Shown here in pieces: positions 24,771-33,261 of a stretch of 41,979 nt of DNA (its first letter is position 1; each line of letters starts with the position of its first letter). A program made the position numbers and the translations under genes. Below the pieces are notes generated by a model. It worked only from the letters and a program-made list of their open reading frames with translations, ran no database searches and was not told where the DNA came from. This DNA is from a virus (lineage: Duplodnaviria > Caudoviricetes), in the IMG/VR virus record IMGVR_UViG_3300023301_000028, positions 1 through 41,979 of that record, one strand, 5' to 3'.

Positions 24771-24778
24771 CATAGAGC

Positions 24779-25294
24779 TTACGCCAGCAGGTTAGTTGCT
24801 TTGATTTTAACCGCAGCGACCCTATTTAGCCACCCTTTACCGAACGTCTCAAAGGTGTTCAGGCTACGGTAGAAGTCTTCTTTAGCTTGGCTAAACTTTT
24901 TAATCAAATCGTCGCCGTCCATCTTGTTAACAGCCTCTAGTGTAATTGGTCCGATACCACCATCAGCAGGCACACCGACTGCAGTCTGTAGAATCTTAGC
25001 CGAGCGTCCGGGGCCAGCGTTGACAGCAAAGTCAAATACTAAGTAGTCAATTCCTGTGGGCATATCATTGCACTTGCAGGCATCCCAAAACTTACGCTTG
25101 TACAGAGGAGCCACTAGCTCTGGAGTTAAGGCACGCATCTCTTTTTCGTTTGACTCACGTCCAACCCACTCTTCCCAAACGCGCTTAGTCACGCCAAGGT
25201 TGGTCATGCCACCCGGATCTGAGGGGTGGTTAACATAGCCGCCTTCCGAAGCTAACATCATTTCAAACGATTTTTGCCAATTTTTAGCAGCCAT
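24779..25294 (-). CDS. endolysin, glycoside hydrolase family 108 with peptidoglycan-binding domain
   Basis: EGGYVNHPSDPGGMTNLGVT, FDFAVNAGP, DGGIGPITL, FGKGWLNR. Confidence 0.93.
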   Translation of the reverse strand: MAAKNWQKSFEMMLASEGGYVNHPSDPGGMTNLGVTKRVWEEWVGRESNEKEMRALTPELVAPLYKRKFWDACKCNDMPTGIDYLVFDFAVNAGPGRSAKILQTAVGVPADGGIGPITLEAVNKMDGDDLIKKFSQAKEDFYRSLNTFETFGKGWLNRVAAVKIKATNLLA

Positions 25295-25548
25295 TATTTA
25301 CCTTGGGAAGGACTGTTGGTAGGTTCGGGAATCAGCGGCGTGTCCGTCAGCATCTTTTGCCACTTCTGTAAGTCTTGTAGAACACTCTGAGAATACGGTT
25401 GCAAGGGTTGTGGCGTAGTTACGGGTGGAGGCGCAGGTAGCATTGGCGATGGAGGCACTATTGGCAAGCTGGCGACGCACCCGGTCAAGCTCAGTACGAG
25501 CAGAGGCAGCAGCATTTGCATTCTTTTGTGCGGTCTTATTTGCTTCAT
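25294..25548 (-). CDS. o-spanin (Rz1-like outer-membrane lipoprotein)
   Basis: Lipobox LTG-C after a hydrophobic stretch; Pro-rich mature part; nested in the i-spanin; start could be 25521. Confidence 0.85.
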   Translation of the reverse strand: MKQIRPHKRMQMLLPLLVLSLTGCVASLPIVPPSPMLPAPPPVTTPQPLQPYSQSVLQDLQKWQKMLTDTPLIPEPTNSPSQGK

Positions 25549-25750
25549 TTAGTGCCTCATCTTTCACCTGTTGTAACCGAGCCGATTCAAGCATTGCGTT
25601 CTTTCCGGCCTCTACAAGGGTTTGGCTATAGTCCGCGACCATCCGGTCTATCTTGCCGTTCAGTCTCCAGCCGTTCGTTGTCCACCCCACTGTAACCCCC
25701 AGTAGAAGCGCCGCCCCCGCCGTTATAACCATCGCTTTTAAATCCAGCAT
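25298..25750 (-). CDS. i-spanin (Rz-like)
   Basis: MLDLKAM..., single N-terminal TM followed by GW...GWR, coiled coil, Cys near C-terminus; ATG 25750 preferred over the track start. Confidence 0.82.
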   Translation of the reverse strand: MLDLKAMVITAGAALLLGVTVGWTTNGWRLNGKIDRMVADYSQTLVEAGKNAMLESARLQQVKDEALNEANKTAQKNANAAASARTELDRVRRQLANSASIANATCASTRNYATTLATVFSECSTRLTEVAKDADGHAADSRTYQQSFPR

Positions 25751-25946
25751 TTTTATCATCCCATGTTGCAAAGCCAATATACGCCGCAACCACCATACCA
25801 ATAAAAGTATAAAAAGGCAGCGCGATTTGTCCCAGCGTTGCAGACTCGGTTGCCAGAATAAGTAGAGGGAAAGCCAGACCCGACAGCATAGACAACCACG
25901 CCATCTTGCGTCTATTCTTCCACCTATCAACTGTTGTCTCGGTCAT
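25626..25946 (-). CDS. putative holin (2 TM)
   Basis: RWKNRRKMAW, two hydrophobic helices, AYIGFATWDD; first gene of the lysis cassette. Confidence 0.72.
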   Translation of the reverse strand: MTETTVDRWKNRRKMAWLSMLSGLAFPLLILATESATLGQIALPFYTFIGMVVAAYIGFATWDDKNAGFKSDGYNGGGGASTGGYSGVDNERLETERQDRPDGRGL

Positions 25947-25951
25947 TCGTC

Positions 25952-26305
25952 TTACGCCCAAGGCAAGGGAGCAGGCGTCGCAGTTAACATATTAACGAGC
26001 AATGCTTCCGTGTTTGTCACAAGATTAAGACCTAACTCCTGCTTGCTCCAGCTAACAACCTGAGCTTCGGTAAGCTGATCGTATGAAATATAGTTACGCC
26101 CTTGCTTTTCAGGAGAAAATGTTAACCCAAACTTTTCGGTCTGTGTATTTACGCCGTCCGTTTCAGGGTGTGGCAACTTGTCATGCGTAATTACGCCCGC
26201 AAGTACAGGCAGATTGCGTTTACAGACAGGGCAATAGTATTTAGACAAACCCATGCTATTAGCGTCAAGTGTGTCGCTCAAGTATTTTTCTAATCCGTTG
26301 CTCAT
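25952..26305 (-). CDS. tail-fibre-associated protein, apparently chimeric
   Basis: C-terminal YDQLTEAQVVSW...PAPLPW pattern of fibre-associated proteins; atypical N-terminus with CPVC. Confidence 0.6.
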   Translation of the reverse strand: MSNGLEKYLSDTLDANSMGLSKYYCPVCKRNLPVLAGVITHDKLPHPETDGVNTQTEKFGLTFSPEKQGRNYISYDQLTEAQVVSWSKQELGLNLVTNTEALLVNMLTATPAPLPWA

Positions 26306-26321
26306 TTGATAGACTCAGTAA

Positions 26322-26615
26322 TCATGTCTTCGGAATCCTGTCCTTGATATCAGCCTGCCAGTCCACCCAAGTCGTCGTGCCGTTTACCTGATCGTCATAC
26401 TGCATGGCGAATTGTTCGCCTGTGCTTTTCAGGTTGTACTCAGCGGCTCGGAGTTCTTGGTAGGTTGGCTCTGGTGGTATGTCCGCAGGCTCTGGCGTGT
26501 TGCCTTCTGCTAGCCATTGAGTGTATTCAGCAAAGTCAGTATTTTGCGGGTCAGCAGGGATGCTTGCACCGTCATTGCGGGTGATGCTCGTTGAGTTTTG
26601 ATTTAGTTTGTACAT
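26322..26615 (-). CDS. tail-fibre assembly/chaperone-like protein
   Basis: IPADPQNTDFAEY..WL.EGNTPEPA and ELRAAEY...Q..M.YDD. Confidence 0.7.
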   Translation of the reverse strand: MYKLNQNSTSITRNDGASIPADPQNTDFAEYTQWLAEGNTPEPADIPPEPTYQELRAAEYNLKSTGEQFAMQYDDQVNGTTTWVDWQADIKDRIPKT

Positions 26616-26617
26616 TT

Positions 26618-27457
26618 TTATAGCTCCGCATTTATTAAAATACTATTAGTGCTAACAATGAACGCACCCGCATTCTGCACCCCGGCAGACGAACACACAA
26701 CAGCCAAATACAAAGATCTTAGATCAGGCCATATATAGAACGTAAGGATGCTAGTTACCGTAGTTGATGTGCCGTTTGTATATACCAATGAGCCAACTAG
26801 ATTAGAGGTTATTGATGGGCTAGCTCGCATAGGCACAGGAAGAACGTAGGTATTGCTTTCCAACTGAGTCGCCGTCCTAAAAAAGCCTGTCATGAAACCT
26901 GTACCCCCAGGGATCCGGAAGAAATACCGCTGACACAGCACCAGCTCCAAACCCACAGGCCTGCGCTCAAAAGGGGTGGCGACTGTTCCAAGCTCAAGCT
27001 GTGCTGTAGCCAAAGTGCCTGCGTTAAACTCAACGCTCATGGTTGTGCCAGCAGTCTGCCCGGTAATCAAGATGGGGCTGACAACAAACGTACCCGATGG
27101 AGTAGCAGAATCAACCCCAACACGAGCAAGCGCTGTGCCAGTCCATGACAACACGTAACTACCGCCCACCACGTTCTTGTCTTCAACCACTTGAATCAGG
27201 CTTTTACCCGAAGCAATCGTTACCTGCGTGCTGGAGTTAAGCTGGGTGAATGAGTAGTCCCCGCCAGATGCGCCTGCTTTGAATCGGTCATGGCCGTAAG
27301 CACCTGCTGCAAGGGTTGCTGCTGAGACGTAGCCCCGCTGATTAATTCGGAAGTCTGCGTTGAATAATGCGTTACGCATACCCAGTGAGTTGGCAGAACC
27401 CATCCGCGTGTTGTCGTTGAATGTCAGGCCATTCGTGCCGTCTAGTGATGCCGCCAT
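26618..27457 (-). CDS. tail fibre / receptor-binding protein
   Basis: RN.LFNADFRINQRG...DRF...AQLELGTVATPFERR...EL.LCQRYF; divergent AT-rich tip. Confidence 0.75.
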   Translation of the reverse strand: MAASLDGTNGLTFNDNTRMGSANSLGMRNALFNADFRINQRGYVSAATLAAGAYGHDRFKAGASGGDYSFTQLNSSTQVTIASGKSLIQVVEDKNVVGGSYVLSWTGTALARVGVDSATPSGTFVVSPILITGQTAGTTMSVEFNAGTLATAQLELGTVATPFERRPVGLELVLCQRYFFRIPGGTGFMTGFFRTATQLESNTYVLPVPMRASPSITSNLVGSLVYTNGTSTTVTSILTFYIWPDLRSLYLAVVCSSAGVQNAGAFIVSTNSILINAEL

Positions 27458-27714
27458 TATTTAATCTCCTGCTGTTGGGTGTAGGTTTTAATCTGACACA
27501 AGAGTGTTGCTCCGAATTCAGCGCCTGTATCGGTTTCCCACCATCCTTTTTCAGATGTTGTTTGTGTTTTATCCACGCCATCCAGTAGTTTGGTAATGCG
27601 GGTTTGATCTACTTTCTGCGCCGATTCCCAGCACTCTTTTAATAAGTCTTCGTAGCCGCTGTAGTTAGCGTCATAACGGTCTTGCATATCGGCGAACCAT
27701 TGTTCAAAGGTCAT
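27457..27714 (-). CDS. hypothetical protein (85 aa)
   Basis: Abuts both neighbours; MTFEQWF...ECWESA and GWWET.TGAEFG; no fibre-like composition. Confidence 0.65.
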   Translation of the reverse strand: MTFEQWFADMQDRYDANYSGYEDLLKECWESAQKVDQTRITKLLDGVDKTQTTSEKGWWETDTGAEFGATLLCQIKTYTQQQEIK

Positions 27715-28770
27715 TTATGCGCTCCCTTCTAATGCCGTGAGGCGGGTTGTGAGAGATTCAATAAGGGCTTGTTGCTCTTGAATGGCCTTGACCAAAACAG
27801 GAATCAAAGCGGTATCAACCATGCGCAGTTTGTCTGCATCTTCGTTGTCAACGATGACTGGGTTAGCGCCTTCTAATGCCAATACGTCTTGGGCCTTAAA
27901 GCCGTAACGCACACCGCCATTGGTTTCTTCAGAGTCCCGTGCAGTACGGAACTGATACGCCGTAGGTTGCAGAGCTTTGACAAACTCAAGGCCATGCGGT
28001 ACAGGTGCAAAGTTGGTCTTGTCCCGAGCATCTGAAACCACTGTCCAAGCTACTTGAATGTAGGCGTTGGTGACACCCGTTGACCCCATGCAAAACCGAT
28101 TGTTTTCGGTAGTGGGGTCAAAGACTGGAGCGTAACTGCCTGCTGAATTGCGAGGGTTGACTGCTGTGTTTCCACTACCAGTGGTGTTGCTCCCGAGTGC
28201 GCTCTGCCCGATAGCTGTGTTGCCAGCGCCTGTGGTGTTGTTCGGGAGTGCTTGAAACCCGCTAGCGGTGTTGTTGCTGCCTGTGGTGTTGTCCCGTAGT
28301 GCTTGAAGCCCGCTAGCCGTGTTGAAGCCTCCTGTGGTATTACTCTGGAGTGCGTCAACCCCGCTAGCTGTGTTTCCGCTGCCTGTCGTGTTGAAGAAGA
28401 GTGCTTCTCTCCCGTTAGCCGTGTTGAAGTTGCCTGTGGTGTTGTTCTGGAGTGCGCTCACCCCGCTAGCTGTGTTTAAGATGCCTGTGGTGTTGGCATT
28501 CAAAGCACCCGAACCCAATGCGGTGTTAGACGCTATTGCTCCAGCGCCTTTGCCCACTCGCACACCTGATAGGGTTGCATCGGTTGTGGAGGTTACTGCA
28601 CCTGTTACTGCTAGGCCATTTGTTGTTGACACCGCACCAGCCGCGTTAATCGTCATAGCCACAGTACCGCCAGCAGCAGTGCCTGACCTCAACTCTAAGA
28701 TACCGTCAGTGGCCCCGGTTGTGACAAGGCCTGTTGATGCGGCGTTACCTGCTTGGATGATGGATGGCAT
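27715..28770 (-). CDS. tail fibre/spike with 17-aa repeats and intramolecular chaperone (peptidase S74) domain
   Basis: NTAxGxxALxxNTTG repeats; SDARDK autocleavage motif, GFKAQDV, LIPVLVKAIQE coiled coil. Confidence 0.88.
   Translation of the reverse strand: MPSIIQAGNAASTGLVTTGATDGILELRSGTAAGGTVAMTINAAGAVSTTNGLAVTGAVTSTTDATLSGVRVGKGAGAIASNTALGSGALNANTTGILNTASGVSALQNNTTGNFNTANGREALFFNTTGSGNTASGVDALQSNTTGGFNTASGLQALRDNTTGSNNTASGFQALPNNTTGAGNTAIGQSALGSNTTGSGNTAVNPRNSAGSYAPVFDPTTENNRFCMGSTGVTNAYIQVAWTVVSDARDKTNFAPVPHGLEFVKALQPTAYQFRTARDSEETNGGVRYGFKAQDVLALEGANPVIVDNEDADKLRMVDTALIPVLVKAIQEQQALIESLTTRLTALEGSA
28171..28527. repeat. seven degenerate 51-bp coding tandem repeats
   Basis: Asn codons of the first and eighth NTA units are 357 nt (7 x 51) apart. 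Confidence 0.85.
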
Positions 28771-29003
28771 TAGGTTGGCTCCTTGGGCATTGCTGCTTTA
28801 ATCGCGTCTGCTGTAGTTGCCGCGTTGATGGCTGTTTGCATATCGTCATACTTGGTTCGAACAACAGCACGGGCTTCTTCGGCTGCTACGGCTTCTGAGG
28901 GGATAGTTGCTTTAATGTCCAGCGGCGCAAACTCAACTGAGCGAGCAGCGCGACGAGCAGTATGTGCAATGTCTTTGTCTTTACCAATGTTGACTGTAAT
29001 CAT
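28770..29003 (-). CDS. tail-fibre-associated small protein
   Basis: MITVNI.K.K.IAH..RR.AR..EFAPLD; GGAG SD before ATG 29003. Confidence 0.7.
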   Translation of the reverse strand: MITVNIGKDKDIAHTARRAARSVEFAPLDIKATIPSEAVAAEEARAVVRTKYDDMQTAINAATTADAIKAAMPKEPT

Positions 29004-29185
29004 GTGATCTCCCATGCGTTGCGAAACGTACGGTCGGTTGGAATGTCTGCAACGTCTACGATGCTGTAGGGCTTGCCTGCGGGTACATCTTTGGCTGCAA
29101 TCTCTTCGATGGTTAAGCCGCAGTCAGCTGGAACAATGATGGCAACGCCGCCTTCGTCGTTTTGGTAAATTATTCGTTGGTTCAT
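29000..29185 (-). CDS. tail-fibre-associated small protein
   Basis: MNQRIIY...IAAKDVP.G.PY.IVD..DIP.DRTFRNAW; AAGGA SD before ATG 29185. Confidence 0.72.
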   Translation of the reverse strand: MNQRIIYQNDEGGVAIIVPADCGLTIEEIAAKDVPAGKPYSIVDVADIPTDRTFRNAWEIT

Positions 29186-29195
29186 GGTGTTCCTT

Positions 29196-29630
29196 TTAGC
29201 GAAAGATTGCAGCGGAAACTTGAGAGGTATCGACAAAAATATTACTAGAAGATTCCCTAGCGCACATTTTTATAGCTGCTGTGTTTCGTACTGGGGCAAC
29301 ATCTTGTTCGTTGTATGTTTTTGAAGTGCTTCCATTAGCTTGAAACGAGTAGTTAGCATCAGGCATAGCAGTAGCAAAATTAACCGTGTAGTCACCAGTC
29401 CCGTTATCAGTAATACTTGACACATTCCCACTAGCCCTAATAGCCACAGTTCCAGTGCCGTTAAAGTTCACCCAAGCCCTGCAAGCATACAAAGGTGCAG
29501 AGCCAGCGGCGTTTAGTGCTACAGTAATACGTGCAGCAGCAACATCACCTGTTGAGTCTTCACCATCAAATCCAGCTGTTGAATCAATGTCCGGCGTTGT
29601 AATGCCAGTTGTCCCATTTAATATAATCAT
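29196..29630 (-). CDS. short tail-fibre tip protein
   Basis: CRAWVNFNGTG...NVSSITDNGTGDYTVNF...DANY. Confidence 0.75.
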   Translation of the reverse strand: MIILNGTTGITTPDIDSTAGFDGEDSTGDVAAARITVALNAAGSAPLYACRAWVNFNGTGTVAIRASGNVSSITDNGTGDYTVNFATAMPDANYSFQANGSTSKTYNEQDVAPVRNTAAIKMCARESSSNIFVDTSQVSAAIFR

Positions 29631-30157
29631 ACTAACTCCTTTGCAAAATACTTTGTTGTGCCATTAACAATACGCTGGATTGTTGACCTAGAACAACCGT
29701 AAGCCTTTGCTAACTTTCTGGTGCTTTTATGCTCCATGTGTTCATATATGGCACAAATGTTATAAGCATGCGTTTCGGTAAATATAGCATTGGCTTTACC
29801 TGCATTTTTATGCATTAAGTTTAAATGATCTTCTGTAATTTTAATCAATCCGTTTACATAAGCGTGTTTTGAATTTTCTGATCTTGTTACCCATTCAAGA
29901 TTGCTAACAGCATTGTTAGCCTTATTGCCGTCTTTGTGGTTTACTTGTGGTTTGTTTTCTAAATTTGGAATAAATGTTTCCGCAATCAGTCTATGGCCTA
30001 AGTGTTGACTTTGAACCCCGTCTTTTCGTAGGGAATAAGTCCTATACCCAACTTGATTACCACCCTTAAGAATAATGGGTTGCCCTGTTTTTATTGAAAC
30101 AATTTCGCCATGTTTTGTGGCGGCATAAATTCCTTCAAAATTATTTATTGGTTTCAT
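29627..30157 (-). CDS. HNH homing endonuclease (NUMOD4/HNH_3/HTH type)
   Basis: HRLIAETFIPN...QVNHKDGNKANNAVSNLEWVT.SEN; C-terminal HTH; AT-rich relative to neighbours. Confidence 0.9.
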   Translation of the reverse strand: MKPINNFEGIYAATKHGEIVSIKTGQPIILKGGNQVGYRTYSLRKDGVQSQHLGHRLIAETFIPNLENKPQVNHKDGNKANNAVSNLEWVTRSENSKHAYVNGLIKITEDHLNLMHKNAGKANAIFTETHAYNICAIYEHMEHKSTRKLAKAYGCSRSTIQRIVNGTTKYFAKELV

Positions 30158-30158
30158 A

Positions 30159-31250
30159 TCAGATCACCACCCAGCGTGAGCCGGATGCAACTGTTACTGT
30201 TTGGCCTGAAGCCACTGTTATTGGGCCAACTGACATGCCGTTACCGCCTGCTGCAATTGAGTAGCTAGCCGCAACTGTCTGGCTGTTTATCACAATCCCG
30301 TTACTAGCATTGAGCACGTTTGATTTTAATTCACCTGTAGACGGCTTATATAACAACTTACTATTACTTGTGTAAACGTTAGCCGCAGTGCCAGAAGTGG
30401 CATCAGCAAAAAGAGGGTAAACATCAGTCGCCGTTGCTGTATCGTTTGTAATAGCCGAGCCGCCCACACTTGCCCAAGCTGTGCTGTAGCCCTCAAACTC
30501 TCCGCTAGTACTGTTAAATCTAAGCATACCCGCACTAGGTGTAGGTCGTTGAGCAGTAGAGCCTACAGGTATTTTTACTGCTTCATTTGATGTAAACGTT
30601 GCAGTGCCAGAGCCTGTAAAGTTTGTAAATGCGCCCGTAGATGGCGTTGAGGCGCCGACTGCCGTGCCGTCAATCGTACCGCCATTTATATCAACGGACG
30701 ATACAGCCAAACTTGTACCATCAAAGGTTAAGTTTGCAGAGGTATTTAGAGCGCTAGTTCCGTTGCCATATAAAACACGATTTGTTGTAACGCTCGTTAA
30801 CCCAGTGCCGCCTTTAGTAACTGGAAGCGTGCCGGTAATATTCTCAATATTCTGCGCTATTAAAGCAAAGTCTGCACCATTCCATGCGACCAGAGCATTT
30901 GTTCCGGCTGCAATGGTTGCGCCAGTTGTTGCTGACCCTTTCAAAACTACAGCAGCATTAGACTGGTTGACGACAATAAAAGCTTTACTAGACGATGGGG
31001 CGATGATGTTGCGTGAGACACCCGGAGCACCGGTAGGAATAAGGATGGCAGCTCGCGCTTGGTTGGCTACACCAGATCCAGTGGTCGTTAAAGTCCAGTC
31101 GCCTGAAGCAACCGAAGCCGTAGCAGAACCCGCAATAGAAGACTCTACCAACGAGGTAATGCTGTTGTTAACAACATCACCCCATGTTCCGTTAAGCTCC
31201 CCGGTAACTGGAAGAGCAAAGCCTAAAAGGGAGGTATACGCGGTAGCCAT
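30159..31250 (-). CDS. proximal tail fibre / fibre adaptor protein
   Basis: GTWG..VN N-terminus, GTLPVTKGGTG, G.TAQRP...GMLRFN...FEGY, SVGPITV...SRWVV. Confidence 0.72.
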   Translation of the reverse strand: MATAYTSLLGFALPVTGELNGTWGDVVNNSITSLVESSIAGSATASVASGDWTLTTTGSGVANQARAAILIPTGAPGVSRNIIAPSSSKAFIVVNQSNAAVVLKGSATTGATIAAGTNALVAWNGADFALIAQNIENITGTLPVTKGGTGLTSVTTNRVLYGNGTSALNTSANLTFDGTSLAVSSVDINGGTIDGTAVGASTPSTGAFTNFTGSGTATFTSNEAVKIPVGSTAQRPTPSAGMLRFNSTSGEFEGYSTAWASVGGSAITNDTATATDVYPLFADATSGTAANVYTSNSKLLYKPSTGELKSNVLNASNGIVINSQTVAASYSIAAGGNGMSVGPITVASGQTVTVASGSRWVVI

Positions 31251-31259
31251 AATTAATCC

Positions 31260-32045
31260 TTATGTCGTGGCAACATCTTGCCAGTCTGATACTTGATTAT
31301 CGTTGATATTCTGCCAATTTGCCACTTGATTGTCATTCACGTCTTGCCAATTTGCAGGCTGGAAATCGTTAATTTGATCCCACAACGGTCTGCCTATTAA
31401 TTGGTCAGAAATAATAGCGCCTTCATCTACGGCAGCTTGGAACACAGCAAGCGCTATAAACGCCTCGGCAGCCTGTATAGATTCATTTACAGCCGCCACA
31501 AAATCTATCTTTGCAGCCACGGACTCTTGCCCCGTAGCGGATTCTTCCACACTTGCGTCAAAGGCAACCAACGCGGCATTGCTGTCTGTTGCTGTTGCAG
31601 ACTCATTCATGTCGATTAAAAACGCAGAGCCTATCTCTGGAGCAAAGTCCTCTACAACCGCCGATTCATTGACAACCGACGCAAAAGCCTGCGCCACGCT
31701 ATTTATTTCAAAAGCCGTGGAGAATTCACTCACACTTGCTGCAAAATCTACCGTGGCTGCTACAGCTTCGCTTCCGACAACAGACTCGCTTACCGAAGAT
31801 CTAAACTGAACCGTGCTTGATGCCACATCTGACACAACCGAGCTTTCTGACACAAACAACCCGGCCACCAGAATTGTAGTCGCTAGATCACTAACTTGGG
31901 CAGACTCGCTTACACTAGCACTAAGTGCTACACCTGCTGCAACTGCATCGCTCACAGACGCCGATTCTGAGGCACTCCGATCATAGACCGACATACCCCA
32001 TGCAGCCTGACTCCAAGTACCAGAGCTCCAGCCGCCATCGCTCAT
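31260..32045 (-). CDS. repetitive Ser/Ala/Val/Glu-rich structural protein
   Basis: Quasi-periodic SVSES units; Trp-Gly N-terminus; WQxIND repeats at the C-terminus. Confidence 0.7.
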   Translation of the reverse strand: MSDGGWSSGTWSQAAWGMSVYDRSASESASVSDAVAAGVALSASVSESAQVSDLATTILVAGLFVSESSVVSDVASSTVQFRSSVSESVVGSEAVAATVDFAASVSEFSTAFEINSVAQAFASVVNESAVVEDFAPEIGSAFLIDMNESATATDSNAALVAFDASVEESATGQESVAAKIDFVAAVNESIQAAEAFIALAVFQAAVDEGAIISDQLIGRPLWDQINDFQPANWQDVNDNQVANWQNINDNQVSDWQDVATT

Positions 32046-32046
32046 A

Positions 32047-32226
32047 CTAGCCCGCCACTAACTGATCTTCGTCAAACCAACGCTGTTGATTGCTACCACT
32101 GGCATCAACCCATGAAATTAAATACTGAATGTTTCCGTCTTCGTCCATACGCAAAGCTTCGACCGGACCCTCAGGTATGACGGCCGCGAGCTTTACGACT
32201 TGGTTTTTAGCAAATTTGGTAGCCAT
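32047..32226 (-). CDS. small hypothetical protein (59 aa, MATKFAKNQVV...QRWFDEDQL)
   Basis: Not in the ORF track; AAGGA SD; exactly fills the gap in the operon. Confidence 0.75.
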   Translation of the reverse strand: MATKFAKNQVVKLAAVIPEGPVEALRMDEDGNIQYLISWVDASGSNQQRWFDEDQLVAG

Positions 32227-32235
32227 ATCTATTCC

Positions 32236-32817
32236 TTATGCTGCATCGAGGCTAAACGTATACGAGATCTGGATTGTGTCACCTGATGCTACAGAGCGAT
32301 CGCCGGGAGAAGCAAAGTCAGACGCTGAAAATAACACGCCAGCCGTACCACTCTTGGTGTTGTCGCTAATTAAGAACGCACCACCGACCGTAGCCGTAGC
32401 GTTAATCGTAAAGACCGCAGGAGATGCGGAGTTTGAAATCACCGATGGGTCAGCAGTCGTTGCTGTACCAAAAGTAGCCGCTGGGCGTGTAGCATTACTG
32501 TAAGGGACAACTTCGGTAAACCCGCCATGAGAGGCCGCTGTGTCGCCTGCCACTGGGTTGTTAGACGCCGCAGCACCGTAAAGACCGATATACCAAGTCG
32601 CTGTATATGAGACGCCTTTAAAGTACTTAGTGTTCATGTCTTGTAAGCCTTGGTTCACAACAAGGTTCTTTAAAGACTCTTGCCACTTAACCTGACCGTC
32701 TGCGCCAATACATTGCACAGCAAACACGCCACCACCAGAGATTTTCTCATCTGCGCCTAGTGTACGAGTAAGACTTGCCCCAACAATATCCGAAGATGCG
32801 GCATTATCAATCATCAT
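32236..32817 (-). CDS. virion structural protein
   Basis: KW...NLVVNQG...WYIGL...VGGAFL...GVLFSA..F; beta-rich. Confidence 0.7.
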   Translation of the reverse strand: MMIDNAASSDIVGASLTRTLGADEKISGGGVFAVQCIGADGQVKWQESLKNLVVNQGLQDMNTKYFKGVSYTATWYIGLYGAAASNNPVAGDTAASHGGFTEVVPYSNATRPAATFGTATTADPSVISNSASPAVFTINATATVGGAFLISDNTKSGTAGVLFSASDFASPGDRSVASGDTIQISYTFSLDAA

Positions 32818-32828
32818 TTATAGCTCCT

Positions 32829-33260
32829 TTAAACTGAACGCACGATGGCGGTTTGTGCTGTAGATAGCGGAAATTCAATCTCAAAACTTCCACCGCTGGT
32901 TGTAACGTCCTCGCCGAATAGCAAGGTAGCAACGGCAGGGTTTGTCACACCATCTGCCTTGTAAATAAGGGCACCACGCGCCGTAATCGACGTAACAGGC
33001 AGGATCACATTGGCAAAGTTTATATACGCTACAAAGCCGTCTATTGTGGGGTTAACAGAGATTGTTAACGTTGCGCCGCCTGCTGTGTAACCAGAACCCA
33101 CTACTTCATTCGTGGTCGTATAAACATCAGTCGTAGCACTTAAAGTCGCCGCAGACGTATAGAGCGCAATCTTATAAACCTGCGTAGTCGTGCTACTAAA
33201 GTCAAACTTGCCTTCTAGCAAGCCTTTTTTAAATGAGTTGCATATCGCTTGAGTAATCAT
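32829..33260 (-). CDS. virion structural protein
   Basis: CNSFKK.LL...KIALYTS...GYTAGG...TARGALIY; AAGGAG SD. Confidence 0.7.
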   Translation of the reverse strand: MITQAICNSFKKGLLEGKFDFSSTTTQVYKIALYTSAATLSATTDVYTTTNEVVGSGYTAGGATLTISVNPTIDGFVAYINFANVILPVTSITARGALIYKADGVTNPAVATLLFGEDVTTSGGSFEIEFPLSTAQTAIVRSV

Positions 33261-33261
33261 C

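Noticed and set aside
25751-25930. Extended N-terminus of the i-spanin given in the ORF track
   Set aside because: It is an alternative frame of the holin gene; the TM-first spanin architecture begins at ATG 25750.
28171-28527. CRISPR array or DGR template/variable repeats
   Set aside because: The repeats are in-frame, degenerate coding units without unique spacers; no cas operon or reverse transcriptase is present.
30604-31296. Long plus-strand ORFs opposite structural genes (also 2330-2914, 11378-11875, 28319-28801, 37141-37641)
   Set aside because: These are antisense shadows of well-supported genes, with no recognisable motifs.
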